DNA of 64,000 nucleotides from Haliotis rufescens (lineage: Eukaryota): NCBI RefSeq assembly GCF_023055435.1, contig NW_025963815.1, forward strand, positions 310,001-374,000. Reading direction: 5' to 3'. Under the pieces are notes generated by a model. That model was not told the DNA's origin. It saw nothing but the letters and a program-made list of their open reading frames with translations, and made no database searches. The translations under genes and the position numbers were made by a program. Positions 13,001 to 28,000 of this stretch are shown here, one piece after another. The stretch's first letter is position 1; every line of letters begins with the position of its first letter.

Positions 13001-16000
13001 TATGACGTACTTATGATATATGCAGCACCATAGTATGACGTACTTATGATATATGCAGCACCATAGTATGACGTACTTATGATATATGCAGCACCATAGT
13101 ATGACGTACTTATGATATATGCAGCACCACAGTATGACGTACTTATGATATATGCAGCATCATAGTATGACGTACTTATGATATATGCAGCATCATAGTA
13201 TGACGTACTTATGATATATGCAGCACCATAGTATGACGTACTTTTCCTTCTCTAGTGGTTTGGTTTTGAATGACGTCGATGTGTTGACGTCGAGAAACAA
13301 TTCTATAGAGATAAAATATTATGAAGAAATTTATATTTATGTGTCTGTTTATCTCTGGGTCAGCATAACCTTGTCTGTACATAAATCACTGTAAAGCCCA
13401 TACATATTCCGTGAACACTAAGCACATAATTATGTCATCTGCACAACTCCGTCGAGTGTCATAGCAACATTCTATTACAATATGTAACAGTAAAAGTCAT
13501 ATGTCGAAAATTTAGTATGGCGATAAATGACAACAACTAAAGTAAAATATATTAACTACAAATTAGCTATTGCGAACTATTGTTTTGATTTCAAACACGC
13601 GCGCACCGCATCCCCCTGCCGCCACCCCCACCCAACCCCCTCGCCTCAGCATCCCACGTCTGTTGCTAACCCTGATAAAACAAGTTTGGGTCAGTGTTGC
13701 AAGTTTTGCATCAGGCGTACATTCAGCAATAAATTTTCAATCGATTCACATTATGCAGGTGCGCCATTAACTTGTCTAAGCTACTCTAATCGTTTCAGTG
13801 ACATTACCAAGATTCCGACATTGCAGGATTACCGAATCATTTGTCATAAGGCTTATACGTGTATTCACATGAGTAGTCTACGTGATGGCGAGGTTTGCTA
13901 ACTACAGGGGTCCGAATAAACGGGGTATAACTGTAAACTCGCTCATCGATTACAAAGTAGTTCGATAGTTACATGAAACCGCGCAACTGTGTGCGAAGTC
14001 TCGCTGGTTTCTAAGCTAATGTGTTCGTGGACACTGGGAAATGTAATTAAGGAGAGTTATCAATACATTTTATTTGATTTAACTTAGCGGCGCTCCTATT
14101 CTCCCGTGAAATTGACACCCGTTGCATCATAGTTCTATTTACTGTGAGGTGAGGGCGATGGGGTAGCCGTGTGGTTAAAGCGTTGGACCCATGTTCGACT
14201 CCAAACATGGGTACAATGTAGAAGCCCATTTCTGGTGTTCCCTGTCGGGATATTGCTGGAATATTAGCCTTTGCTTCAATAACAGTGTGGTTGTAGGACT
14301 TCGACAATGCTCATACTAATTGTTGTGGTAAACAAATCTACCATAAATACATGACACTTTTTTTTCATCTTTTTTTCTTTCTTTTTTTTTCTTTTTTTTA
14401 AATATATTTTTTAAAAGAAGTTGCTATCCACAACAAAGTGTCATGTATTCATGTTCTCCAAACTTCTAAATGGCTATCAAAGACTTAAATCTGCCATAGC
14501 TGAAATCGACACTACAACACAAGGGTAATACACGTAACACACGAACAGCTTTTCGCTATTCCCTGCATATCTCCCCGTTATCTCGAGGGCTAACTACAAT
14601 GAAGACCCCCGTGAAGAGCACGGTTCATCACAGGTATACACAAAGCCCATTGTATCCGTGTTATAAATAACTCATGGTTGATATTTGACTAATACATGTA
14701 TAAATGTGTGTACTCCCGTAAAGATCGATGCTCATGATGTCAATTACTGGATTGTCTGGTCCAGACTCGTTTGCAAACCGCCGCCATGTAGCTGGAATAT
14801 TGCTGAGTGTGGCGTTAAACAACAATTACTTTTGCTTGGGTCGTCTTGCTACCCGGAAGTGAAGCAGGTTGCGGCACGTGTTTTTCCAGGTATAACTAAC
14901 CTTGGTTTTCCAAGAACTACATTGATTCGTTCAAGGTTCACCCACAGGAGACGTGCTTATACATGGCTGATTTCTTTGAAATATTCGTTTATTTTCTAGT
15001 CAAGCATAAACACAGGCGATCTATTACGTTCAGACTAAGTGGATCCATTCAATTATTACAAAACTGTTCTAGTTGTCGACCGTCTGCAAATGGGGAAAAC
15101 GATTACCCTGTTTTGTTAAGAATTACCTTTGTTAAGAATCTTCCCTGGGGAGACATTAAGAAATCATGCATAGTTTAACCGTTCTTTCAACGATCCACTA
15201 TTTATTCGCGAATTAACAATTTGGTTGTGAGCTATTCATGCCCCATTGTCAGTTATCATTGCCAGTTATTATAATTTAAGTTAACATTGTCATATATAAT
15301 TGTCATTTATCATTGTCAGTTATTTTATTTTGAGGTTTTATTGTCAGTTATCATTATCATTTATCATTTCTGTTATCATTCAATTTATTAGTTATCATTG
15401 TCAGTTAATTAATTTGAGGTATTATTGTCAGTATTCATTGTCATTTATCACTATCATTCATCATTGTCAGTTAATTATTTTCAGTATCATTGTCAGTTGT
15501 CATCTCCAGTTAGTTATGTCAGTTATCATTCAATTTGTTAATTATCATAGTTAGTATTTATTGTTATTTATCATTGTCAGTTATTCATGATATTCATAAT
15601 AATGTACCCTTGGAATTTGACGGAACTATTTTTTCACTTCCGACACTCCATTGAATGATTTCAACTTTTGCCTGGAACTCGAGAACCCCCACAGTATGGC
15701 GTGTAATAGTCAGTCTGAGCTACGTACACATATGACAGGGCGGTGTAAAATTAACAACTAAGCATTTTCAAATGTTTCTTAATCCTTAAAGTCGTTTTAT
15801 GTAGAATGTTTATTACATTGTGCTACCTAAAACGTTGTAAATTAAAAGTAACAAGAGAGACCGTCGACAAGAAAACTAGGAAACAGATAAACATATATAT
15901 CATTGTTCAAGGCTCTAGATTTCATACAATCCCAATTTGCATGTTTTTAAAACGTGAAAGCGATTGATGAAATACCCGCGGACCCAGCGAAATTGTAAAG

Positions 16001-19000
16001 CGCCTTGTACCATGCATTGTAAAGGACCTTCTACCATGCATTGTAAAGCGCCTTGTACCATGCATTGTAAAGGACCTTCTACCATGCATTGTGTGTCAGG
16101 TGCTACACAGCCATACACATTGTTGTCAATTGAGAGTGTGTCACGTGCTACACAGCCATACACATACCTCGTTGCCACCGGGGATATTGTCACTCGCTGC
16201 AATAAAGCCCTTCTCTGCTGAACTTTCGTCGGGGCACCGCCGCTGCCATACGAACTGAAATTCAGAAGAATCTCTTAAAGGCGACATAAAATTAAGATTA
16301 TTTAAATTTGTTTGAGAGACGACAAAACTTTGACGTAGGAAACACCCGCTCGGGTAGTCGTTCACCCCATGCGGCTAGCTAGGGCAACTGAGTGTGTTTG
16401 AACCACGGATAAGCAATTTAACTAACATGGTAGGAGGAGTAATAACACCATCATGGTACGAGGGCGGGTCAAAACGTTCTAAGCCTAACAAACGAAAACA
16501 ACAATTGTGAAAGTGTTTTTAATATATTTTTCAACATAACCTACCTGCTTTTCAATACACTTCTCATATCGATAGTGAAGTTTCTCAATTCCAGTCAGGA
16601 AGAAGCAGCCCTGAAAAACACATTCACGGCAGTTTTGTGGTAATCGTTGTCCATGAAGGCGTTCTTTCAGTTTAGCAAACAGGTGGAAATCACTTGGCAC
16701 CAGGTCTGGCGAGTATGGAGGGTGAGAAGCTCTTTGAACCCACATTGTCGCACAGCAGCAAGTCGAAAGGTGTGAAAAGAGGCATTGTCATGAAATAGTA
16801 GCACTCCAGCACTAATATACAAACGGCCTCAACAGACCAAATACCCTTGCAATTAACTATTCAAATAATGTACTACATTGACGAGTTCACTTTGTTATGT
16901 CCCATAGTTGAAAGTTAGTCAGGCTTAGAACTTTTTGACCAGCCCTCGTAAGATGTAGCGTTTGCGGTTACACACTTATGTGTTACATAAGATAACGGCC
17001 GTGGTTTATTAGATGGATCGTTAAGGTAACGCAAACCCTGAAAGAACGTAACATTCAATATACAAACGCAATAAAAGTACAGGGGTGGTCCCTCATTCTG
17101 AATCCGCGTCACAGTACTCACTCATAACACAGGCTCCCCGACATGGTCGTATCTTAATTGTGTCGATCGATGCTCATGATGTGAATCATTGGATTGTCTG
17201 GTCCAGACGCGATTATTTACAAATCGCCGTGAGGCATTAAACAACAAACCAAAAAAACACTCAATGTTATTGATGCTATTTTTTAAATGCAGCTCACATC
17301 CGAGAACAGAACATTTTCACACATTCGTCTTGTCCCTTTAATTCTGCCACATTGCATGTTTGGACAGACCTACGCAAATCGATGATAAGAAATTAAACTC
17401 GCTGCGCTTGATCGCTTCATAAAGCGGTGTTATTTTACAACTGATTGATTGTTCCCCTGGCAAACACAATGTAAATGTAACAAGTTGCAACTGATTGCTG
17501 TTTCGTGGAAAATGCCTGGCTTGACAAACTGCATGCCTCACACCTGACCTGCTGTTGGAGCCATGTGTTGCCCGGGTGATATATCAACATGCAATGGGTG
17601 GCCAAGCACCAGAGTGCAGCGTTTCCTCCCTTAGCAATGTCAGGACGCATTGGTTGTTGGTTGGAATCCCAAGCTCACTCTGATTGGGCTGTTTGATCTG
17701 TCAGCACTGAACCCGCGCTCGTGCGTTTCATTGTTAAACACCACCGTCAAGATCCAGGGTTAGAATTGGTCTTCCGCAACCAAGCTTGGACAAGCTCTCT
17801 GACTTGGTTGATGAATGTCATCGTATCCCATCGATGCTCATGACCTCAATCACTGGATTGTCTGCTCCAGACTCGATTATTTCGAGATCGCCGCAATAAA
17901 TAACCGCTAATATGCTGAAGTGCTACACTTATGATGTTAAATATATATAGTGAAATCAGTAACTAAAATAAAACAAAATTAGAATGTATGATTCCTTTTA
18001 GAATTATAGTTTAAGATTTAATTTCTTCGGACCATTGCATTAAAAATCTTCCATGTTATTTTGGGGGTATTTTTAACTGGAATGGCCTGAAGATAACGGG
18101 AGAAAATGTGCTTATAAAAGTAAAAGCAATGATTTAAGCTTCTGCATGAAAGAAGCTGTCAAGTTAAACAGGAAATACAACAGAAATTGTAAATCATCAT
18201 GTCTTGTAATGGTTTATCGCAAAATTAAAAATTTACTCCGAGTCTGTTTACTCCTGTTCGTTCACCTGTTTCTTTTTATGATAGTACCGTGAAGTTCGTT
18301 TGTTTGTTGTTATTCAACGCCGCACTTCACAATATTCCAGCTATATATTTGACGGCGGTCTGTAAATAATCTGGACCAAACAATCCAGTGACTGACAATA
18401 TGGGCATCGATCCATGCAATTGGGATATGAAGACGTGCATCAAACCACCCGATCCCGTTAGTCGCCTCTTATGACAAGCATAGTCGCCATTTACGGCAAG
18501 CATTTTTAGCTGAAGACCTATTCTACCCCGGATCTTCACGGCAAGCATGGATTGCTGAAGACCTATTCTACCCCGGATCTTCACGGGTCTATGATAGTAC
18601 TAAACATCACCATACCCTACCAGGTTGCCTAAACACTGACGCAGCTGATATTTTTTCGATTTATTTACGTGCTTTCACTGAGACAAATACGCAGGAATGT
18701 TTTGCGTCAGGTTAAAAGCTATTTTATATAATATAATCTACAGAATAGATCAGCCACACCATTGGACATGCATGTTTTAAGAATCTGACCCCCCGAGACC
18801 TTCGGTGTCGGTCGCTCGGGTAGTTTAAACACTGCCTCGGGACAATGGCTATTATTTGGCAAACTATAACTGACTGTTGTGTCGACCATTCATTCTACAA
18901 CGTTCATTACATTTCAGAGGGAAATTGATTGACCCTTGCGGGGTGTGCGGCGGTGACGGCACTACTTGTCTCGTTGTGACGTCAGTCAGCCCCGATTATG

Positions 19001-22000
19001 TCCCGCCACAAACCGTAAAGGTAAGATTACTTTTCACAAATTATAAAAAAAACTACACATCTGCTTTCGTGGATTTATAGGAGTGGTGGGGTAGTTTTGT
19101 GATTATAACGTTCGCTCGTCACGTTAAAGTTCTGAGTTCGATTCCCTACAAAGGTATATTGCGTGAACCACATTCCTAGTGCTATAGGCGGCGTAACACT
19201 ATATTCACTCACACGTTGATCTAAATGACCGATTCAAAATACGTAAACGTAGACAAGTGGATTTCCCTATTTTGCCTTGTAGCATGTGTTCGCAAGTTGT
19301 TTTTTCAGATAAAACTTACTTGCCTTTGCATGTGTTTGTGACGGGTGCCACCTATAGGGCAGGATACGCTAACCTTTTCGCAAACACCTAGTATCATCAC
19401 TATTTGATGGTGTTTCATAAACACATGCTCATGATACAGTCGGACTCGCACTATCGACTCTGCTTTATTCAGATATTTCTATTGGATGCGGGAAGGAAAA
19501 TTAGCTTACCAATGATTCATGTTGTTTGTTTTTATACAGACGATCAAAGTTGGCGGCGCTGGGTTAGGTAGGACAACCATAGAGTGTGTCGCCATTAGTC
19601 AGGCTACCAACGCTGAAACCAGTTTGACAACCATCCAGAAGACACCTCAAGAAATTACCCTATCTCTTCCCGCCTTAGTTGCAGGTGGGTTGCGAGGAGT
19701 CAGATCCTTCGACAAGCAGAAATATGGTTGATCTGAACCTTAGGAAATATATACCACAATGTAATCAGCTGATCTTTACCCTCCCGATGTCCCGATCTTT
19801 TCTCTTTACCTGTTTTCAGTCTTATTATCTTGTTAAAAAGTTATTCAACATTTGAGAATGTGTCGAAGAAAGACGCTAATTATAGTTGCGAATTAAATGT
19901 ATAGTATTGTTATTAATTGTTATTACCTGAGTACAAATATAACAACCCATTAAACAGCATATCCAGAATATGTAAACATGTATATTTTTTTAAATAACAA
20001 AACAAATACAGTTAAACTTTGTATCTGGCAGTGTATATAGCTATGACAATACGATACCTATAGACACGTTAATAGGTTTAGTTTTGATACGCTGCAAGAT
20101 TCTGCGTACTTTTAGGAGCGGTGGGGTAGCCTAATGGTTAAAGCGTTCGCTGGTCTCGCCGAAGACCGGGGTTCGATTCCCCAAATGGATACAATGTGTG
20201 AAGTCCCCGCAGTGATATTGCTAAAATTTTGCTAAAAGCGGCGTAAAACTCACTCACTCACTCATGCTTACCTTCTGATACATGGTTCTTTCCTTCCCCT
20301 ACCTGTTCCTTTATTTAGTATCTTCAGTATATGCTACAACTGTCTTAACTTCTCATTTGTCTACTTCAGCTATGTACAATATATCCTGCCGTCTTGGTGC
20401 CGCTGGATCTCTCGCCTCCACCACGGCCATTCTGACAGTGTATGACTCAAGTAAGTAAACATGGTTGTTTGTTCGTTGTTTAACGAATATTCCATCAATA
20501 TGACGGCGATCTGTAAATAATCAAGCTTGGACAAGAAATCCAGTCATTGACATCTTGAGCATCGATCTTAACAATTGAAATATACATCAACCAAGTCAGC
20601 GAGCAGGACCACCCGATCCCGTTAGTCGCCTGTTATGACAAGCATAGTCGCCTCTAACGGCAAGCATGGGTTGCTGAAGACCTATTCTACCCCGGATCTT
20701 CACGGGTCTATGATAGAACTAACCATCACCATACCCTAACATGTTGCTTCAACACTGACGCAGCTGATATATTTTCGAGGTATTTAACTACGTGCTTACA
20801 ATGGATCAAATACGCAAGCATGGGTTGCTGAAGACCTGTTCTACCCCGGATCGTCACGGGTCTATGATAGAACTAACCATCACCATACCCTAACATGTTG
20901 CTTCAACACTGACGCAGCTGATATATTTTCGATGTATTTAACTACGTGCTTACAATGGATCAAATAAGCAAGCATGGGTTGCTAAAGACCTATTCTAACC
21001 CGGATCTTCACAGGTCTATGATAGTTCTAACCATACCCTAACATGTTGCTTCAACACTGACGCAGCTGATATATTTTCGATGTATTTAACTACGTGCTTA
21101 CAATGGATCAAATACGCAAGCATGGGGTGCTGAAGACCTGTTCTAACACGGGATTATCACAGCTCTGAGAACATGTAAACATTCTCCTGCTCTAAAAGAG
21201 CCATTTTAAGAATTAGATTAATTAACTCATGTCTGTTTCATCGAGTGAATATTTACGCCAACATCTTTCACGAATACCTCATACCGCCATTTCATACAGG
21301 AGGTTTACACGATATACGGTTGTTCTATTGGACGAAAGGTCGATAACATGACCGCTAAACCGTCGTTCATAAGCATATGAACCACACATGTTGATACAAT
21401 CGTTCATACGTTTTTCATGAGATTATACCTTGAAGTGAAATGAGTCCCACATTCGTTGGGCCGTTACCCTTGGAACCCTAATGCCCACACGTTCATTCAG
21501 GTCTGCCCTCACTCTAGGAAGGTTCATACTCCAATGAATCTACACAAAGTGAAAGTCAGTTTTTAAATAAGTGTACACTGCTTGTGACAGCTGTTTGAAT
21601 GGGGTTTTTTTGTTCTCGTAGCAAACATACAACTAAGACATTGACGCTTTAACATACACTTTCTGGAAACGGTGATAAAACAACTCTTCATTTCGGCACA
21701 CTCAGCTCGATAATCTTCAGACAGGTGATGTACAATTGTAGCAGTACAATCAGTACAATCGTATCAGTTTGTATCAGAGCGGTTTCAAATTAATTGAATC
21801 GGAGCGCGGCTTTCGTCACTTTCGTGTATGGGGGCTGTTTTGTGAAACACAGGACCCGCTGTTCATGTGTTCTAATTCCCGATAATGATGATCTGTGTCA
21901 GTGTCAATGTCTAACACACACAGCCACCGAGGCTTCCACAAAAATGAAAGTCCGGCACTCGTCAGAGGGGTGCACAAAGTACGTGATCTGGACTACCAGT

Positions 22001-25000
22001 TATCGGACCCTTTTGTGTTCATTTTTGTGGAAGCCTCGGTGGCTGAGTGGGCTAGATCGCTGACGTTGTGTGCTGGCGATTAGATGCCTCACTCAGTGTG
22101 GGTTCGAATCCCGGACCCAAAATGGTACGAGAATCTGTAGCTCAGAAAGTGTTATCCCAAATGTAACATTTGTTACATGTCTACGATACATTTACACTGG
22201 CAATATTTGACCCGGAAAGAACGAATCATCTAGGGTTTCAGTTAGTGGCATCTATCTACACTAATTATGTCTTTGAGTGTTGATCCCCCTAAACCTGAAA
22301 GTAAGAATGTGATGCCCCTCAAACAGCACTGATCTCCAACTCCAACTCTCTGATATTCTTTTTTATTGCTACAGGTGCGACCGTGACCTCTGTGACCCCA
22401 ACCCAGTTCACTATTTCCGGGTCAACCCAGTCGCTGGCATTCGTTGGATCTAACTTCGTGGTGAATCACACCTACTGCCACGTCAAAGGTACTGGTCACC
22501 ATGTGTTATAAACTACCCAAAAGAAGTTAAGGACCACCCGATTCAAGCAATGACAAATTAACTATAGTAATATGAAGGAATTGGGTAGTCCTTAACTTCC
22601 TTTGAGTAGAGTACATTGTGTAGAAAAAAACACTTTCATTGGGCTATTTTGCATCTAACATGACATTTATTTGTTTTTCATTAACATATCTTATTGACCT
22701 TGTTCAGGTCTGTTTTCAAGAACCATTGATCTTACAAAATGAAATAAACATTCGCATTGCGTCTTATAGATATATTGTATTGGTTTAAGAGACTGAAAAC
22801 ACTTTCCTACCAATTGTTATAAATATATCGTTAACCTACGATTTATTAAATGTTAAACATTACACATGAAACAAAGAATTCAGGAGTTTACAATTGTCCC
22901 TTCTTCTTATCATAAAGAGCGATGGTTGACGACACAGCATCTATATAATCAGACATACTATGTGATGTAGGTACACACATAGCTGCATATGGGAACTTAT
23001 CTAGTCGTTATAAATGAATATGTCACTTTAACGCTTGTTCCTTTGGTAAAAAGTGTATAAGGAGCTTACGGCTAGCAACTAACTGACTTGTTTTGGCCTC
23101 GTGTACATTATCAAGATGGACAATATGTTTTAGCTTATAGGATCAAGGTATCGATGCTAAAAAACTAATACAATAAAATTGTTCGATGAATCTGCAAACG
23201 ACTTAAATGCTCTACACATCGATGCGATATCAGCTTTTTTTTAAACTATTTACTAACCTTTCAAGTTAGTTTAGATATGGGTTTCCCATTGCCTCGCTTA
23301 TTATGGGGAATTTAAACATGGCCGCAAATCATTTAGCACTTTATGGTCAGTGGGAAGTTCACTCACACTCTGTATTGATACGCGTTATTAACGTTCTCCC
23401 CATGCTGCAAGGTATTTTTAACGACCGTCAGTTAATGATATATCTGCTAACCATCTCAAAATCCTGATCTGATCCATACTGTTTTGTATTTGTAAAAGAT
23501 GTCTTTATAATGAGGAATGTGTAACTCGATTTAAAATCTAATCATGTACATCACGTGACAAATGTTAATATCCAATCTGCATTGTACTCTGGGCCTTGAT
23601 GCCTAATTACTGAATAAATTGTCTGTCTGTCTGTTTAACATTACTTCATCGAAGTTACGTCTTAAAATTAGTTTAAGGATGATAAAAAGATTATTACCTG
23701 TGTGCGTTTCCTTATCATAAATATCATATATTAGGAATAGAACATATGTATTATGCTCGCAAAAAGGCTCGTATAATATATTTCTTATTCCGAATATATT
23801 TATGATCCGAAACGCACAAGGGTAATAATTATTTTCATTTATTATCTATATCCCAAGAGGGGTCACACACATTTTGTATGTTTGTGTTTCAGTGGGAGCA
23901 GCTGCAGAAACTACCTTCCTCGCAAGTGTCACCGACGCCAGCAATGCTGCCTGTGACGTCACACATCCTCCGACGTCATCCCAAATACTGGTAGCCTTGA
24001 GTCTGAACAAAGTGGACAAACTCGCCAGCGACACCACAGTGACGGCACAGGCCGCAGCCCCTACCCTCACCGCGGTCTTCACCAACTCGGGTACAATATA
24101 CGACTGATACTGCTTGAATAATGTGACAAAGTCCCATCCCCCCATCCCCACCGCCCAGCACCTCACACACCCATGCGGAGTCCGGGTAGGGATACGTCTC
24201 CAGGAACGCATGCTGATGCTGGTCATATGAGGCGATTCAATGGATTGGTTGATAGCTATATCGTTGCTCATAATATCAGTCACTGGATTATATGGTCCAG
24301 ATTCTACAAGACAACACGTTTAACGGCAGAGAATAGTGTCTCGATCATCTGCCGAAACAGATTCCACTTAACGTAAAACGCAAAATAGCATTGAAAATTA
24401 TATGAATTAATCACTGAAAATCAGTAGTGACACCAGGTGTCATACATGTGTTTGTTTAACATATGTTGGATTGATAACTGCGGTGAATTCACTCAACGCC
24501 GCATTGGACAAGATTCAGTTATATCATGATGTGTCGTCTTTGTGTGGGACGCAAGTCCACAGTGACGTAGGTCGTTGATATCAACAACTTTGGTGTCCAT
24601 GAACCCGGGTGCTGAAATTAACGCAAGACTCATAATCAGGGACATCTGAATTCAAACCTACAATCTTCGGATCCGGGTACCATTAAGGGACGCAACACAG
24701 CTAATCGAATTGTGTCCTTAAGATGACTGGGCCACACGTGCCCTTCGAAATGTTAACGTGGCTGCAAAGGCAGCATTGATTATTTATACGAGGATGGGTC
24801 GGCCTTTCCTCACACGAATCACATGGCTACAGTATGTGAATAGATACTGATACACGTTATCTTTATTTGCAGGTGAAAAGGTCGTTGTTACATTCAGCGC
24901 GTCCGTGAACACAGCTAGTCTCACTTCCTGTGCCGCGGTGTTCCAGGATGTGACGTCACTCGGATCCACTGCCACGTGCTCTTTCAAATCTCGGACCACC

Positions 25001-28000
25001 ATGTTAATTGAGAGTACCACAGCTGCACTGGGTGAGCTTCAAACCAATAGAATTTGAAAGATTTGAAACAGATATGTTGAACATTAATTATATTAATCAC
25101 ATTTATACTGCGTATCTGTGGAAGAAATCGGATTGACGTTGTTTCATGGTAGGGACGTGTGAGTGAGTATTGTTTTACGTTGTATTTATCAATATTCAAG
25201 CGTCGTGGAACTGCAGGAATGGATTCGTATTGTATGCCCATGTGGGAAAAAGAACCCAGGCCTTATGTGTGACGAGCGAATGCTGTGTCCACACGGTTTT
25301 CCTACAGTTCAGACACTTAATCAAAAATACGCATGCACATCATTGTGTCAAATATGTGTGCCATGTGTCAAATATGTGTGTCATGTGTCAAAGACGTATT
25401 TAATCCAGCAGGTCTTGCGTCGTGCTTCAAATACAGGATATAATTACCAGGTGTTGAAACACGTGTTAATGGTGTCGGGAATCCGCAGGAAATAGTATCT
25501 GGAGTTAGAGCTCTCTCTGCAGGATCAATGCAAGCAATAGATTAATTATTAAGACGTTCATTGCTAGCGCGATGGGAGATGACGGATCATCCACCACCAT
25601 TGGCTTATTCAAGCTCAAGGCCTGGGGGATTTCACATAACGACAAACACGACTTTTATTTCCACTGAACATTATTCAGTGTTTATGGAAAGGACTGTTGA
25701 ATATACACAAACCCCCTTTTTATATACAGAAAGAGAGAACACATCGGTTGTTTTGTTTCCGACACAATGGATAATTGTGCGGAAACGCGGCAATATAGCA
25801 AGAGAACGCGGTAGTATAGTGAGGGAACGCGGTAATATAGCGAGGGAACGCGGTAAAACAGCGACAGAACGCGGTAATATAGCGATGGGACTCGGTAGTA
25901 TAGCGAGGGAACGCGGTAATATAGCGCAGGAATGCGGTAGTATAGCGGTGGAACACGGTAATATAGCGAGGGAACGCGGTAGTGTAGCGACATAACGCGG
26001 TAATATAGCGAGGAACTCGGTAGTATAGCGAGGGAACGCAATAATATAGCGAGGGAACGCGGTAGTATAGCGAGGGAACGCGATAATATAGCTGAGCAAA
26101 TGGGTAAAAAAGAGAGGGAACGCGGTCATAATGCGAGGGATCCCGAATATTACGCGTAGGAACGCCGTAGTGTGGCGAGGGAACACGCTAATGTAACCAG
26201 GGGACGCGGTAGTAAAGCGGGGGAACGCGGCAGTATAGCGAAGGAAATGCTATACATATATATTGACCATGTCAAGCGCATTCGTACTATACATATCCAT
26301 ATTCACTTTTCTTGATTATCAGATAGCAGCTTGACGATAAAGACTGGCGCCGTCAAAGCCTATGATGAAACGTATGCCATAGCTGCCAGTGGAACAATCA
26401 CACTGGCCAAGGGGAGTAACCCTGTCAAACCTACCGGTACCATCCGGGGACCAAGCAAGATCGGGTCGTGCAGTGACCTATCCGTGAATGCCCTCGGCAG
26501 CAGTGGCGGGGGAGGACGGGCGCTGACCTACACATGGGCCGTGTCCCCATCAACTGGCCTCACTCTCAGTAAGTATAGTAACTAGTAATGGCGTTTGTAA
26601 ATAGTAAAGCCACGAGTAACACAAGGCGTTTGCGAATAGTAAAGGCAAGAGTAACACACGCGTTTGCGAATAGTAAAGGCAAGAGTAACGCAAGGCGTTT
26701 ATGAATAGTAAAGGCAAGAGTAACGCAAGGCGTTTGTGAATAGTAAAGGCAAGAGTAACGCAAGGCTTTAATGAGTAGTAAAGGCAAGAGTAACGCAAGG
26801 CGTTTGTAAATAGTAAAACCAGGAGTCATACAAACCGTGTGTGAATAGTAAAGGCCGAAAGTATTTTTTGTCTCGTTTCAGTCTTTTGTTAACACGTATT
26901 CTACCTCTTATTATGACCCGATAGAGAGAGAGTTTCTAGGGCTTCGGTCCTGCCCCACACTGAAGCATATGTAACCAGTGGCGTCACTTTGGCAAAGTGC
27001 CTCTGTTCACCCAGCAGTGAATGGGTACCCGGTAGGATGAGATGGCAATGTGGATGGTAACCTTCTAGCGCCTCAAAGGCAGCTACTTGTATCCTCGCCA
27101 GGGAGCTGGGGATGATTCTTGAGTGCACACTGATAATAGCGCTTTGAGCATGCCCCTTTGACTGGTGTGGAGATAAACGCAATATGAATGGCCTGTTATT
27201 GTTATTATTATTATGTTGCAGCCGGACAAGGTACAACTGATCTCTCCGTGACCGGCACGATGAATGGAGTGACGTACACCGTGACCTTGACCGTGTGCAA
27301 CTTCATGAACGAGTGCGACAATACCCCGACGACAACCGTAGAGAAGCTTACGACAGCCATACCAGACGTTTTCGTCACAGCTGGTGCTGACGTCAGCAAT
27401 GTTATCGCATCCGAGGGGTGGGTTCATTGCTGTTGTTTTTAATAATATGTGTAACATTGCATTATCTTTAAGGAACCGAGAATCTGATATTCGGGGTATG
27501 AATGGGGGTGGATGTGTGTTTGGGATGTTATTGAAAAACATAAATTGTTCCATACATTTCTTGAAAGAAATACATATGCTTACGACTGTTGAACAAAAAG
27601 GACATTGCGTGCCTCAAAAAGTACCTTCTTACAAGTTTTTTTTTCTTATAATATACATTCAGGCTCATAGTTTTAATAAAACAATATCTTATCTCCATGC
27701 ACAATATCATTGATGATATTTATTGAAGATATGGTTCAAGTCCCGTAATGTAATGCCTTTTGATCACCAATTGTAATGTTTGTATATTCCAGTTTTGAGC
27801 TGAAAGCGAACGCTAAGCTGACAAGCTGTGTGGACGACACTCTGATGTTCTCATGGAGCTTCAGCGACTCCCGCGTCGACATCAACACCGTCGACCAAAC
27901 GCGCAGGGTGTACAACGTCCGGGCCGGAGATCTGCCAGGTGAGGGGCCAGGACCTGTGTACAACGACACCTCGTCAGTCCAGACTCTTGAATATTGAACA

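Noticed and set aside
4847-13243. Regular repeat arrays as CRISPR
   Set aside because: Head-to-tail units with no unique spacers, no cas genes, and a spliceosomal eukaryotic context.
6853-19020. ADAMTS or papilin gene call from the CGVCGGD motif
   Set aside because: No TSP1 (WSxW), metalloprotease HExxH or spacer domain seen; the motif is tandemly repeated and splices into IPT/REJ-like exons.
22033-22120. tRNA-Ser/Leu-like sequence (ggtggctgagtgg...ggttcgaatccc)
   Set aside because: A and B boxes are present but I could not fold a clean cloverleaf or acceptor stem; more likely a SINE head. Other tRNA-like hits belong to SINE families B and C.
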